A DNA stretch of 61,804 nt. It comes from Candidatus Omnitrophota bacterium. GTDB taxonomy: Bacteria > Omnitrophota > Gorgyraeia > JAHIPI01. Shown here one piece after another: positions 9,312 to 18,700 of this stretch; the first letter of the stretch is position 1; the number at the start of each line of letters is the position of its first letter. Under the pieces are notes generated by a model. That model worked only from the letters and a program-made list of their open reading frames with translations. It ran no database searches and was not told the DNA's origin. The translations under genes and the position numbers were made by a program. The DNA lies in assembly GCA_018894435.1 (NCBI GenBank), contig JAHIPI010000040.1:1-61804 (forward strand). Direction: 5' to 3'.

Positions 9312-10070
9312 ATGAATAAAGATATAAAGTCGTTAGGTGTCGTTGTGTTCGCGGCGGTATTTCTATTCAGCACTGTAGTCGCCTCGCTTTTGTTTATAGG
9401 CGAAAGAAATTCAAAGCTCTTTCTCCAGAATGAGTTGGCCGAGGTGATGAAGGCCAAGAAGAAATTATCGTTTGAACTTGATGAGGTAAAAGTCATAAAA
9501 AGCGATCTGGAGCTTAAGCTAAGCGCCCTTGAGGCGCAGGCCAAGATGCTCGGAGATAGTTACGAGAAGGAAAAAGCGCAAGGCGAAACCATCAAGCGCG
9601 AACTCAGTAAAAAGGACAGCGAAATTGCCGGCATAAAAAACCAGCTGGATAGCGCTAAGAATGAAAAAGAGAACCTTCAATCAACGCTCGATGAAGAAAA
9701 GCTTAAATATAGCCAATTGAGAGAACGAGTTGACAAGCTTGTAGCAGTCAAAGATGAACTTGAGAATAAAATAAAGGAGATTGTAGGCAAACAGGGTGTC
9801 GAACTTGAGCGCATTGTGGTGAAAGAAGAAGGCGAGCTTGAAGGGAAGGTCCTCGTAGTAAATAAGGAATACAATTTCATAGTTACGAACGCCGGGTCTG
9901 ACGACGATATAATCTTAGGTGATATTATCACGGTCTTTAGGGACGGCAAGTATGTGGGGGAAGCTCAGGTAGAGAAGATATACGATACTATGTCCGCCGC
10001 GACCATAGTGAAAGAGACGAAACCCGGGGCTATTCAGGTGAATGACAAGGTGGTGGTAAGGCCGAAATAA
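9312..10070 (+). CDS. membrane-anchored coiled-coil protein with a small C-terminal beta-rich domain (function unknown)
   Basis: ATG 9312 is preferred over 9303 because AAGGA at 9299-9303 is 8 nt upstream. N-terminal TM VVVFAAVFLFSTVVASLLFI, about 130 aa of heptad-rich K/E/L sequence, then C-terminal VLVVNKEYNFIVTNAGSDDDIILGDIITVF. Confidence 0.6.
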   Translation: MNKDIKSLGVVVFAAVFLFSTVVASLLFIGERNSKLFLQNELAEVMKAKKKLSFELDEVKVIKSDLELKLSALEAQAKMLGDSYEKEKAQGETIKRELSKKDSEIAGIKNQLDSAKNEKENLQSTLDEEKLKYSQLRERVDKLVAVKDELENKIKEIVGKQGVELERIVVKEEGELEGKVLVVNKEYNFIVTNAGSDDDIILGDIITVFRDGKYVGEAQVEKIYDTMSAATIVKETKPGAIQVNDKVVVRPK

Positions 10071-10097
10071 AATTTTCTCGAATAGTATTTTTATTGT

Positions 10098-10130
10098 GGG
10101 CCGGGTTAAATAGCCCGGCCCGTTTAGTTT
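10098..10130 (+). terminator. probable intrinsic terminator
   Basis: GGGCCGGG (10098-10105) / CCCGGCCC (10114-10121), 8-nt loop, followed by GTTTAGTTT. Confidence 0.5.
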
Positions 10131-10149
10131 GCATAAGGTGTAATGTGGC

Positions 10150-11439
10150 ATGAAAAAGAATTCGGAAAAAATAAGACCTGCAAAAAGAATAGAGGGCGAG
10201 ATACGCGTCCCCGGTGATAAGTCTATATCTCACAGGGCCGTAATGCTCAATGCTATAAGTAAAGGCGAGAGCGTGATAAAGAACTTTCTTATGGCAGGGG
10301 ATTGCATAGCCACCATAAACGCCTTTAAGGAAATGGGCGTCTCTATAGATACAGGCGATGTGGTCAGAGTAAAAGGTGTAGGGCTAAGGGGGCTAAGGCA
10401 ACCCAAGAAAGAACTTTACCTTGGTAATTCAGGGACATCAATGCGCCTTTTGCTTGGCATACTTGCGGGGCAAAATTTCGAGGCGGTGCTATCCGGAGAC
10501 GAATCGTTGAGTATGCGTCCCATGAAGAGAATTACAGAGCCGCTTCGCCGCATGGGGGCATGTATTGAGGGAAAAGGCGGAGCCAATTTGGCGCCCTTAA
10601 AAATACGGGGCGGCGCTCTTCGGGCGATAGCGTATGATTCGCCCCTCGCAAGCGCCCAAGTCAAATCCGCTATTTTACTTGCGGGCCTTTATGCCGATGG
10701 TATAACGACAGTGCGTGAGCCGATGAAATCGCGCGACCATACCGAGCGCATGCTTAAACTTTTGGGTGCAGATCTTGAGGTAAGCGGCCTTAAGGTTTCT
10801 ATAAAGAGAAGTGAGCTTACGGCAAAGGATATAAGTGTCCCCGGCGATATTTCCGGCGCCGCTTTCTTTATTGTGGCGGCATTACTTCTTGCCGGCTCTA
10901 AGATCACTATTAGAAGAGTAGGGATGAACGAAACGCGCATCGGCATCATTGATATCCTTAGGCGCATGGGCGCCGATATAGAAGTAAATTTATTGGAAGA
11001 TAGCGGTGAGCCCGTTTGTGATATAACCGTTTCGGCAAGCAGTCTAAAAGCAACGGTTGTGGAAAAGGAAGAGGTGCCGCGCGCCATAGATGAGTTACCG
11101 GTACTTATGGTAGCGGCCGCGTTCGCAAAAGGGACTACTGTAATAAATGGAGCGGGCGAGTTGAGGGTAAAGGAGACGGACAGAATAGGCTCTATGCAGA
11201 AAAATCTCGTCAAGATGGGCGGTGTCGTAAAGTCTGAAGGCGAGAATATCATTATAGAAGGAATGCACGCCCTAAGGGGCGCGGAGCTCATCAGTTTTGG
11301 CGATCATCGCACAGCCATGGCAATGGCCGTTGCGGCGCTTGGCTCCTCCGGCGAGAGCATAATAAACGATACGGCGTGCGTGGCCACCTCGTTCCCGGAA
11401 TTTTTTAATATCCTAAAAGCCGCGGCAGTCAGCAAATAG
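10150..11439 (+). CDS. aroA: 3-phosphoshikimate 1-carboxyvinyltransferase (EPSP synthase)
   Basis: PGDKSISHRA and LGNSGTSMRLL motifs, 429 aa. Confidence 0.95.
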   Translation: MKKNSEKIRPAKRIEGEIRVPGDKSISHRAVMLNAISKGESVIKNFLMAGDCIATINAFKEMGVSIDTGDVVRVKGVGLRGLRQPKKELYLGNSGTSMRLLLGILAGQNFEAVLSGDESLSMRPMKRITEPLRRMGACIEGKGGANLAPLKIRGGALRAIAYDSPLASAQVKSAILLAGLYADGITTVREPMKSRDHTERMLKLLGADLEVSGLKVSIKRSELTAKDISVPGDISGAAFFIVAALLLAGSKITIRRVGMNETRIGIIDILRRMGADIEVNLLEDSGEPVCDITVSASSLKATVVEKEEVPRAIDELPVLMVAAAFAKGTTVINGAGELRVKETDRIGSMQKNLVKMGGVVKSEGENIIIEGMHALRGAELISFGDHRTAMAMAVAALGSSGESIINDTACVATSFPEFFNILKAAAVSK

Positions 11440-11440
11440 A

Positions 11441-11469
11441 TTGACACAACTAACGTCTTTTGCTATAAT
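11441..11469 (+). promoter_or_regulatory. near-consensus sigma70 promoter upstream of mreB (TTGACA-17 nt-TATAAT)
   Basis: TTGACA at 11441-11446, TATAAT at 11464-11469. Confidence 0.65.
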
Positions 11470-11532
11470 CATTTAGCGTTCGTTCTCTCATATTCGGTAA
11501 TTTAACCCTGAAAACCTATTGCGAGGGTAGTC

Positions 11533-12624
11533 ATGAAGGAAAAGGTAAAAAAGATCGCGGATAAACTCATAAGAATATTTAATTATTTTTTCGCATTTTT
11601 CTCAAATGATATGGGGATAGATTTAGGCACAGCCACGACCCTCGTCTTTGTAAAAGGCCAGGGTATTGTTTTGTGCGAGCCTTCCGTAGTGGCGGTCGAA
11701 AAAGGCACATCCAGAGTGCTAGCCGTAGGCGAAGAGGCGAAGCGCATGCTTGGAAGGACCCCCGGCAACATAGTCGCAATAAGGCCGATGAGAGACGGCG
11801 TCATAGCGGATTTTGAGATAACCGAGAGCATGCTTCGCCATTTCATAAAGAAGGCGCACAGCTCAAAGAAGTTTTTTGTCAAGCCGCGAATGGTCATCGC
11901 AATACCTTCCGGCATTACCGAAGTTGAGAAGAGGGCGGTTAAAGATTCTGCGCTTCATGCAGGCGCAAGGGAAGTTTATATGGTAGAAGAGCCCATAGCC
12001 GCCGCCATCGGCGTAGGATTGCCTATACAGGAACCCGCGGGAAATATGATCATTGATATAGGAGGCGGGACGACAGAAATAGCCGTTATATCATTGGCCG
12101 GTATCGTGTTTTCGCGGAGCATACGCATAGGCGGCGATGAGATGGATCAGGCGATAATCGATTACCTGAAAAAGACGTATAATTTGATGATCGGCGAGCG
12201 GACATCCGAGGATATAAAGATCAAGATCGGCTCAGCATTTCCCCTGGAAGAAGAATTAACAATGGAAGTCCGCGGCCGCGACCTTGTAGCCGGACTTCCC
12301 AAGATGATAACCATATCTAGCGAAGAGATACGAGAAGCGCTTGCCGAACCCATTGCCCAGATCGTCGAATCGGTAAGGATAACCCTAGAGAGAACGCCGC
12401 CCGAACTTTCCGCGGATTTGATAGAGAGGGGAATAGTCATGGCAGGAGGCGGTTCTCTCCTTAAGGGGCTGCCGAAACTCTTGTCGGAAGAGACCGGGTT
12501 ACCCGTGCATCTTTCGGAAGACCCTCTGACAGCCGTTGCAATGGGCACAGGAAAAGTCTTAGGCGAAATCAAATACCTCAGGGCGGTAACTACCGGCCTG
12601 CGCCAGATAGAACAACAGCAATAA
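11533..12624 (+). CDS. mreB: rod-shape-determining actin homologue MreB
   Basis: [13 protein letters not shown] and [16 protein letters not shown]. Followed by mreC, mreD, mrdA and rodA. Confidence 0.95.
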   Translation: MKEKVKKIADKLIRIFNYFFAFFSNDMGIDLGTATTLVFVKGQGIVLCEPSVVAVEKGTSRVLAVGEEAKRMLGRTPGNIVAIRPMRDGVIADFEITESMLRHFIKKAHSSKKFFVKPRMVIAIPSGITEVEKRAVKDSALHAGAREVYMVEEPIAAAIGVGLPIQEPAGNMIIDIGGGTTEIAVISLAGIVFSRSIRIGGDEMDQAIIDYLKKTYNLMIGERTSEDIKIKIGSAFPLEEELTMEVRGRDLVAGLPKMITISSEEIREALAEPIAQIVESVRITLERTPPELSADLIERGIVMAGGGSLLKGLPKLLSEETGLPVHLSEDPLTAVAMGTGKVLGEIKYLRAVTTGLRQIEQQQ

Positions 12625-12642
12625 TCGGAATAGTAATTTAAA

Positions 12643-13416
12643 GTGATTAAGCCCAGGATAATCATCGTAATAGCATTGCTTGCGATTTTTATCTGGACAA
12701 TGTTCGCGCCCCCGCCCATCCTCGTACGCCTTAAAATGAACCTGGCGAATATTGCCAGGTTGCCGTTAAAAATGGTAAGCGCCTCTGTAAATTCCATCAG
12801 TAAAATCTCAAAATTCTTCTATTTAGATAATGAAAAGACGGAACTTAAGCGTAAGGTTTTTTCACTTGAGCGTAAACTTATAGAATTGCGTGAAGTATCT
12901 ATTGAGAACAAGCGCCTCAAAGACCTCCTTTCCCTGAAATCCCAAGTAGCAAAGAATTCTGTCGCGGCAGCGGTAATAGGCAGAGATCCAAATAACTGGG
13001 CATCCGTGATTTTTATAGACAAAGGCAGGAATAACGGCATAGTAAAAGATATGGCTGTAGTTTCAAGCCAGGGCTTGGTCGGCCGCGTAAGGGAGGTAGG
13101 GAAAAACTTGAGTAAAGTCCTGCTTATCAATGATGTGGATTCCAAGGTAGCGGGCCTCTTGCAACGATCCAGAGAACAGGGGCTTCTAGTAGGCACTCCG
13201 GAGGGGAGATGTAAAATCATCTATCTTTCCCTGGAAGCCGATATTAATAAAAATGATGTGGTAATTACGTCGGGAAGCGGCAGCATATATCCTAAGGGCA
13301 TGCTTATAGGCGAAGTGGTATCTGTAGCAAAAGAAAAAGGCACACTATATAAATATGCCGTAGTGAAGCCGTATGCGGAACTTTCAAAGCTGGAAGAAGT
13401 GATATGTATAAAATAA
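12643..13416 (+). CDS. mreC: rod-shape-determining protein MreC
   Basis: GTG start. N-terminal TM, a coiled coil (LERKLIELREVSIENKRLKDLL), then a beta-barrel region GLVGRVREVG...SKVLLI. Confidence 0.85.
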   Translation: MIKPRIIIVIALLAIFIWTMFAPPPILVRLKMNLANIARLPLKMVSASVNSISKISKFFYLDNEKTELKRKVFSLERKLIELREVSIENKRLKDLLSLKSQVAKNSVAAAVIGRDPNNWASVIFIDKGRNNGIVKDMAVVSSQGLVGRVREVGKNLSKVLLINDVDSKVAGLLQRSREQGLLVGTPEGRCKIIYLSLEADINKNDVVITSGSGSIYPKGMLIGEVVSVAKEKGTLYKYAVVKPYAELSKLEEVICIK

Positions 13417-13919
13417 ATCGCCTGCGGGACTACAGCCTCATACTGCTGGCATTTTTTTTGCAGGTTTCACTCGCCAATTCCTTAAGCTTATTCGGAGCGA
13501 AACCCAGCTTCCCGATAATTTTGGCGGTATTTTTCGCGCTTTTTACCGATGAGCGGTACGGATTCGAGACCGCTTTTTTTGCCGGCATTCTTTTAGATAT
13601 ATTTTCCCTCCGCCTTTTCGGACTGAATACCATTCTCTTTTCCATCGTCGGTTACTTTATAGGTAGATTCAATACGAAGATCTACAGAGAAAGTATGGCC
13701 ACTCACGCTATACTGATTTTTCTTTCAACGATTTTTATCCTCTCCGCATATCGTTTTTTTCTTTGTCTTGAAAACCGTTTTTTGCTTTCAAACCTGTCTT
13801 TTAGTTTTGTATTCAGCCCATCGACATTTTTGTCGGCAATATATAATTCTTTTCTGGGGATCCTAATTTATACGTTTCTCTCTAGGGTATTTAATCTGGG
13901 CGAGACCAGCATACTATGA
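13404..13919 (+). CDS. mreD: rod-shape-determining protein MreD
   Basis: Polytopic hydrophobic 171-aa protein in the mreC-mrdA position. Overlaps mreC by 13 nt. Confidence 0.75.
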   Translation: MYKINRLRDYSLILLAFFLQVSLANSLSLFGAKPSFPIILAVFFALFTDERYGFETAFFAGILLDIFSLRLFGLNTILFSIVGYFIGRFNTKIYRESMATHAILIFLSTIFILSAYRFFLCLENRFLLSNLSFSFVFSPSTFLSAIYNSFLGILIYTFLSRVFNLGETSIL

Positions 13920-15634
13920 TTATAAGTTTTATCCGAAAAATTATAATAGCGTTATTTAGCGTCCTAATTGTGTATCTATTTTATATGCAGTGTGTCCGGG
14001 GCGAATATTATCAAGACTTGGCAAAGATGAACAGGATCCGCCTATTGCCGCTTTCCGGGCCGCGCGGGAATATATATGACCGTGATGGAAACCTGCTTGC
14101 AGGAAACCGGCTTGCGTTTGATTGCGTAGTCATGCCGCAGGAGTTTTATCCGGACCATAAGGCGCTTGAGGAATTGGGGAGATTGCTGAATAAGTCCGCG
14201 AGCGTACTCAAAGACGAGATAAGGGAAAATACCATTGCGCCTTTTGTACCGATGGTAATAAAAGATGATGTGGCGAAGGAGCTGGCGATAGCTATTTCGG
14301 AAAAAAGTCTGGATCTGCCGGGGTTATTGATTCAGACGCGTTCCGTCAGGTATTATCCGCATAAAAATATGGGTTCGCATGTCATAGGCTATCTGGGGAA
14401 AATCAACGAGGATGAATTGTACGCGCTGAGCGATTACGGCTACAAAGCGATGGATCATGTGGGAAGGGGCGGCCTGGAATCATTTTATGATAGCTACCTA
14501 AAAGGCGAAGAAGGCGGGATCCAGGCCGAGGTCGATTCGCGCGGAAGGGAATTGAGACAGCTTGGCATCAAAGAGCCGGAGAAGGGCAAGGACATAACTA
14601 CGACCATAGACCTGGAATTGGAGGCACACATAGATTCCCTTATGGAGGGCGAGCGAGGCGCTGCGATTGTCATGAGCTCCGAAACAGGAGAGATCCTGGC
14701 GCTTGTCAGTAAGCCGGATTTCGATCCCAATATATTTGTCTCTGCGCTGAAACCCGATTCTATAAAGATTTTGCTCGGAAGAAGCGATTACCCCATGATA
14801 GATAGGGCAATATCCGGCGCATATCCTCCGGGTTCAGTATTTAAATTGGTCACAAGTTCCGCGGCTCTTGATATGAAACGCATGAGCCTGCACGATCAAT
14901 TGAACTGCCCTGGGTTCTACATGCTCGGCAAATGGAGATTTAATTGCTGGAAAGATGACGGCCATGGCACCGAAACTATAATCGACGGCATAAAGAATTC
15001 TTGTAATGTCTTTTTTTATCAGGTTGGCCGCAAGGCCGGAGTAGACGGCTTGGCTGCTTATGCCGTAAAATACGGAATGGGAAGAAATTCCGGCATAGAT
15101 CTGCCTTACGAAAGTGCTGGTACGGTTCCGACGCGGGCGTGGAAACTATACAGGATGAGGCAGAGTTGGTTTGAGGGCGATACTGTAAATTATGCCATAG
15201 GCCAGGGGTACCTTCTTGTTACGCCTATACAGATACTCAGGATGACAAACGCCGTAGGGACCGAGGGTATTCTGGTAAAGCCGTTTTTAGTGAGAAAGAT
15301 AGGCGGCCTTGAGGTGAAAGGGGCGGAAAGAAGGCGGCTTGATATTTCAAAAGAGACTTTCAGGACAATCAAAGAAGGTATGAAAAGGGCCGTTGATGAT
15401 CCCAGCGGGACCGCTAAGGCGGCGAGGGCGAAAGGCTTGAGTGTCGCCGGTAAAACGGGGACAGCGGAAGCCGGCCCTAAGGGCACCCATGCTTGGTTTA
15501 CCGGATTTTCGCCCGCAGATAAACCGCAATTTTCATTAGTGGTGTTTTTGGAATACGGCGGCAAGGGCGGCGACAAACCGGCCAAGATGGCCTCCAGTAT
15601 CTTCGCAAAATTGAAAGAATTAGGTTATTTGTAA
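13916..15634 (+). CDS. mrdA: penicillin-binding protein 2 (elongasome transpeptidase)
   Basis: SxxK (GSVFKLV), SxN (KNSCNVFF), KTG (GKTGTAE). ATGA overlap with mreD. Confidence 0.92.
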   Translation: MIISFIRKIIIALFSVLIVYLFYMQCVRGEYYQDLAKMNRIRLLPLSGPRGNIYDRDGNLLAGNRLAFDCVVMPQEFYPDHKALEELGRLLNKSASVLKDEIRENTIAPFVPMVIKDDVAKELAIAISEKSLDLPGLLIQTRSVRYYPHKNMGSHVIGYLGKINEDELYALSDYGYKAMDHVGRGGLESFYDSYLKGEEGGIQAEVDSRGRELRQLGIKEPEKGKDITTTIDLELEAHIDSLMEGERGAAIVMSSETGEILALVSKPDFDPNIFVSALKPDSIKILLGRSDYPMIDRAISGAYPPGSVFKLVTSSAALDMKRMSLHDQLNCPGFYMLGKWRFNCWKDDGHGTETIIDGIKNSCNVFFYQVGRKAGVDGLAAYAVKYGMGRNSGIDLPYESAGTVPTRAWKLYRMRQSWFEGDTVNYAIGQGYLLVTPIQILRMTNAVGTEGILVKPFLVRKIGGLEVKGAERRRLDISKETFRTIKEGMKRAVDDPSGTAKAARAKGLSVAGKTGTAEAGPKGTHAWFTGFSPADKPQFSLVVFLEYGGKGGDKPAKMASSIFAKLKELGYL

Positions 15635-15637
15635 AAC

Positions 15638-16735
15638 ATGTACAGGATAAATTACAGGAAAAATTTTGACCTTTTTTTAATAATATTACCGCTTATTATA
15701 GTTTCGGCGGGGCTTCTTTTCCTTTATAGCGCTTCGCACGGAATATATGAGTCTAATGGCACGAATTTTGCTCATCGCCAGGCCATGTGGCTCTTAGCGG
15801 GCATTGTTATGCTCGTAATCATAGTCAATATGGATTTCCGCCGCATATTGGACTGGTCGTATCTCTGTTATGGTATTATGGCCCTGATGCTCTTAGTGCT
15901 CCTTTTTGCGGGCGGCGCGCGCATGGGTGCAAAAAGGTGGTTCAGCATAGGATGGCTTACTTTTCAGCCATCCGAATTCGCAAAGATAATACTCATAATG
16001 GTATTGGCGTTTTATATCGGAAATAACAGGCACGCTATCCGGACAATAAAAGGGCTTATCACGCCGTTTCTATTGGCCGGCGTCCTTTTTTTATTGATAA
16101 TTAAAGAGCCGGACCTTGGGAGCGCTCTCATATTGCTCGCGATATTATTTATCATGCTTCTCGTCTCTGAGATGCCGGTAAAATATATGGCTGGATTGGT
16201 CATAGCCGGCGTTGCCTCTTCGCCATTTTTGTGGAATTTTCTTAAGGAATACCAGAAAAGGCGGTTGCTCGTATTCATAAATCCCAATATGGATCCGCTC
16301 GGAGCGGGGTACACTATAATACAGTCGAAAATAGCGATAGGTTCCGGCGGATTGTTCGGCCGCGGCTTTTTAGGCGGGACGCAGAATCAGCTTAATTTTC
16401 TGCCGGAGAGCCATACCGACTTCATATTTGCCGTAATAGGCGAAGAATGGGGATTTGCCGGCGTGCTCCTGGTCGTATTTTTATTTGTGTTTCTCATAAG
16501 CCGCATCCTTTCGGTAGCCGAAAGGACGAACGATTTCTACGGTAAATTAGTCGTAATGGGCGTAGCCGGTATGCTGGCATTTCAGGTGATCGTCAATATA
16601 GCTATGACAGTGGGCCTTATGCCGGTGGTGGGCATACCGCTGCCATTTGTAAGCTATGGCGGCTCAAGCCTGATTATGAATTTCATCGCCATCGCGTTAG
16701 TCATAAATATCGATATGCACCGCACCCTTTTTTAA
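15638..16735 (+). CDS. rodA: SEDS-family peptidoglycan glycosyltransferase RodA
   Basis: FtsW/RodA/SpoVE pattern including LPFVSYGGSS. Position after mrdA. Confidence 0.92.
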   Translation: MYRINYRKNFDLFLIILPLIIVSAGLLFLYSASHGIYESNGTNFAHRQAMWLLAGIVMLVIIVNMDFRRILDWSYLCYGIMALMLLVLLFAGGARMGAKRWFSIGWLTFQPSEFAKIILIMVLAFYIGNNRHAIRTIKGLITPFLLAGVLFLLIIKEPDLGSALILLAILFIMLLVSEMPVKYMAGLVIAGVASSPFLWNFLKEYQKRRLLVFINPNMDPLGAGYTIIQSKIAIGSGGLFGRGFLGGTQNQLNFLPESHTDFIFAVIGEEWGFAGVLLVVFLFVFLISRILSVAERTNDFYGKLVVMGVAGMLAFQVIVNIAMTVGLMPVVGIPLPFVSYGGSSLIMNFIAIALVINIDMHRTLF

Positions 16736-16739
16736 TAAT

Positions 16740-18512
16740 ATGGATAAAAAATACGAAGAACTGCTGCAATATGTGGAACGGCCGGCGAGATATATCGGCG
16801 GCGAAATCAATTCCATAGTCAAAGACTGGGAAAGCGCCGATTTGAAAGTGGCGCTGGCCTTTCCGGATATTTATGACATAGGGATGAGCCATCTCGGCAT
16901 CAAGATCTTATATCACCTTCTCAACTCCAGAGATAATATTTTGTGCGAAAGAGCATTTGCGCCGTGGCACGATATGGAAAAGTTATTGAGAAGCGAAAAC
17001 CTACCTCTTGTCAGCCTGGAAAATAATAAGCCCTTATCTGAATTTGATATAGTCGGTTTTTCCCTCGCGCACGAACTCAATTATACAAATTTGTTAAACA
17101 TGCTTGATATGTCGGGTATTCCGCTTAAAACGCAGGATAGAAACGAGAGCCACCCTTTAATAATAGCCGGAGGCCCGTCAGCATTTAATCCCGAACCGAT
17201 GGCGGATTTCATAGACCTCTTTTTGATAGGCGACGGCGAAGAAGCGGTTTTGGAAATAGCAGAAAAGTATATTGCCGCAAAGAAAGCGGGAAAAGGCGCG
17301 AGGAAGGACCTGTTAAGGGAATTTGCCGGCATAGAAGGAGTATATATTCCGGGCTTTTACAAGGCGTCCTACAAAGAAGGAATATTTTCGGAGCTTATTT
17401 CGCTAGAAAAGGATGCCCCGCTTTTCATAAAAAAGAGGACGTCAAAAGACCTGGAGAAATGTTTCTATCCCGCCAGGCAGATAGTTTCATATATTCCATT
17501 AGTGCACGATCGCATAAGCCTTGAGATAATGCGCGGATGCCCGCACAGCTGCAGGTTTTGCCAGGCGACCACGATCTATTCGCCCCTCAGGCTGCGTTCT
17601 AAAGATTCGATATTAGAAATCTGCAGTAAGACATATTCTTTTACGGGCCATGATGAAATATCGCTCCTCTCGCTTTCTACGGGCGATTATCCCGGCATAG
17701 CAGACCTGGCGGCTAAATTGGTATCACGCTTTAAATCCCAAGGGGTAAGCATATCGTTTCCTTCACTGCGCGTCGAAGACAGTATAAAGAGCCTGCCTTC
17801 CATTATACAAAAGATAAAAAAGACAGGCCTTACATTTGCCCCGGAAGCCGCGAGCGCCCGACTGCGAAAGTTTATAAACAAGAATATTGATATCGAGAAA
17901 CTTTTGTCGGCCGCAAAAAGATCGCGCGAACTGGGATGGCGGAAGATAAAATTATATTTTATGATAGGCCTCCCCGGCGAAACAGACGCTGATATAGACG
18001 CGATAACGGAGTTAGCTTATGAGATATTGGGCCAGAGAGATAAGGGCGGGATGAGTTTTTTGGAGATAGTTTTGAGCGTATCCTCGTTTATACCTAAAGC
18101 GCATACAGCTTTTCAATGGGAAGCGATAGCGCCAAAGGAGGATTTGATGGGAAAAATTTCACGCCTGCGAAGGAATATAAGGACAAAAAAGATAAAATTG
18201 AACACCCACGGCGTAGATATGAGTGTTTTAGAAGCGCTTTTTTCCCGCGGCGACAGGAGGCTTGCTTTTCTTGTCGAATCGGCATTTAAGAAAGGCGCGC
18301 GTTTTGATAATTGGAAGGATATCTTTGACAATAATACTTGGCAGTCAGCCATAAGGGAATGCGGCGTGGATGTAGAGGCATATTTAAAGGAGCGAAGCTA
18401 TTCTGAACCTCTTGCCTGGGACCATATAAGTTCGGGGATAAGCAAGGAAGCCCTTATAAAAGATAGTATCTTGGCGCACAAAGATACTGGTTCCCTCGCC
18501 TGTGCCCCATAG
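16740..18512 (+). CDS. B12-binding-domain radical SAM protein (TIGR03960-like)
   Basis: N-terminal ERPARYIGGEINS...ALAFPDIYDIGMSHLGIKILY, and CX3CX2C in RGCPHSCRFCQA. Confidence 0.85.
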   Translation: MDKKYEELLQYVERPARYIGGEINSIVKDWESADLKVALAFPDIYDIGMSHLGIKILYHLLNSRDNILCERAFAPWHDMEKLLRSENLPLVSLENNKPLSEFDIVGFSLAHELNYTNLLNMLDMSGIPLKTQDRNESHPLIIAGGPSAFNPEPMADFIDLFLIGDGEEAVLEIAEKYIAAKKAGKGARKDLLREFAGIEGVYIPGFYKASYKEGIFSELISLEKDAPLFIKKRTSKDLEKCFYPARQIVSYIPLVHDRISLEIMRGCPHSCRFCQATTIYSPLRLRSKDSILEICSKTYSFTGHDEISLLSLSTGDYPGIADLAAKLVSRFKSQGVSISFPSLRVEDSIKSLPSIIQKIKKTGLTFAPEAASARLRKFINKNIDIEKLLSAAKRSRELGWRKIKLYFMIGLPGETDADIDAITELAYEILGQRDKGGMSFLEIVLSVSSFIPKAHTAFQWEAIAPKEDLMGKISRLRRNIRTKKIKLNTHGVDMSVLEALFSRGDRRLAFLVESAFKKGARFDNWKDIFDNNTWQSAIRECGVDVEAYLKERSYSEPLAWDHISSGISKEALIKDSILAHKDTGSLACAP

Positions 18513-18538
18513 CCCATATCGCCGTATACATCAATATA

Positions 18539-18567
18539 TTGACAATTATATTAGGATAATGTATACT
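18539..18567 (+). promoter_or_regulatory. sigma70-like promoter at the left edge of T4P module 1 (TTGACA-17 nt-TATACT)
   Basis: TTGACA at 18539-18544, TATACT at 18562-18567. About 130-nt structured leader before ATG 18701. Confidence 0.55.
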
Positions 18568-18700
18568 TGGGAGAACTGCCGAAGCTAACTTAGATCCTTC
18601 TCCGCCTTTGGCGGATCAGGATCAATTCGCACTTATAACTTATGTCGCACCCATGAATATCATTGCTCCGTAAGTTATGTGCTCATTGAGGAGCCCTAAA

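Noticed and set aside
10689-11291. Long reverse-strand ORFs in the six-frame track. Examples: 10689-11291, 12162-12797, 22292-22807, 28843-29367, 38111-38707, 45611-46201, 61169-61651, and all shorter minus-strand ORFs.
   Set aside because: Each is fully nested antisense to a + strand gene with strong family motifs (aroA, mreB, pilB, pilN, nadD, pdxA/rsmA, pilC). They are Ser/Pro/Arg-rich and low in complexity, lack an RBS and resemble no family. They are typical shadow ORFs.
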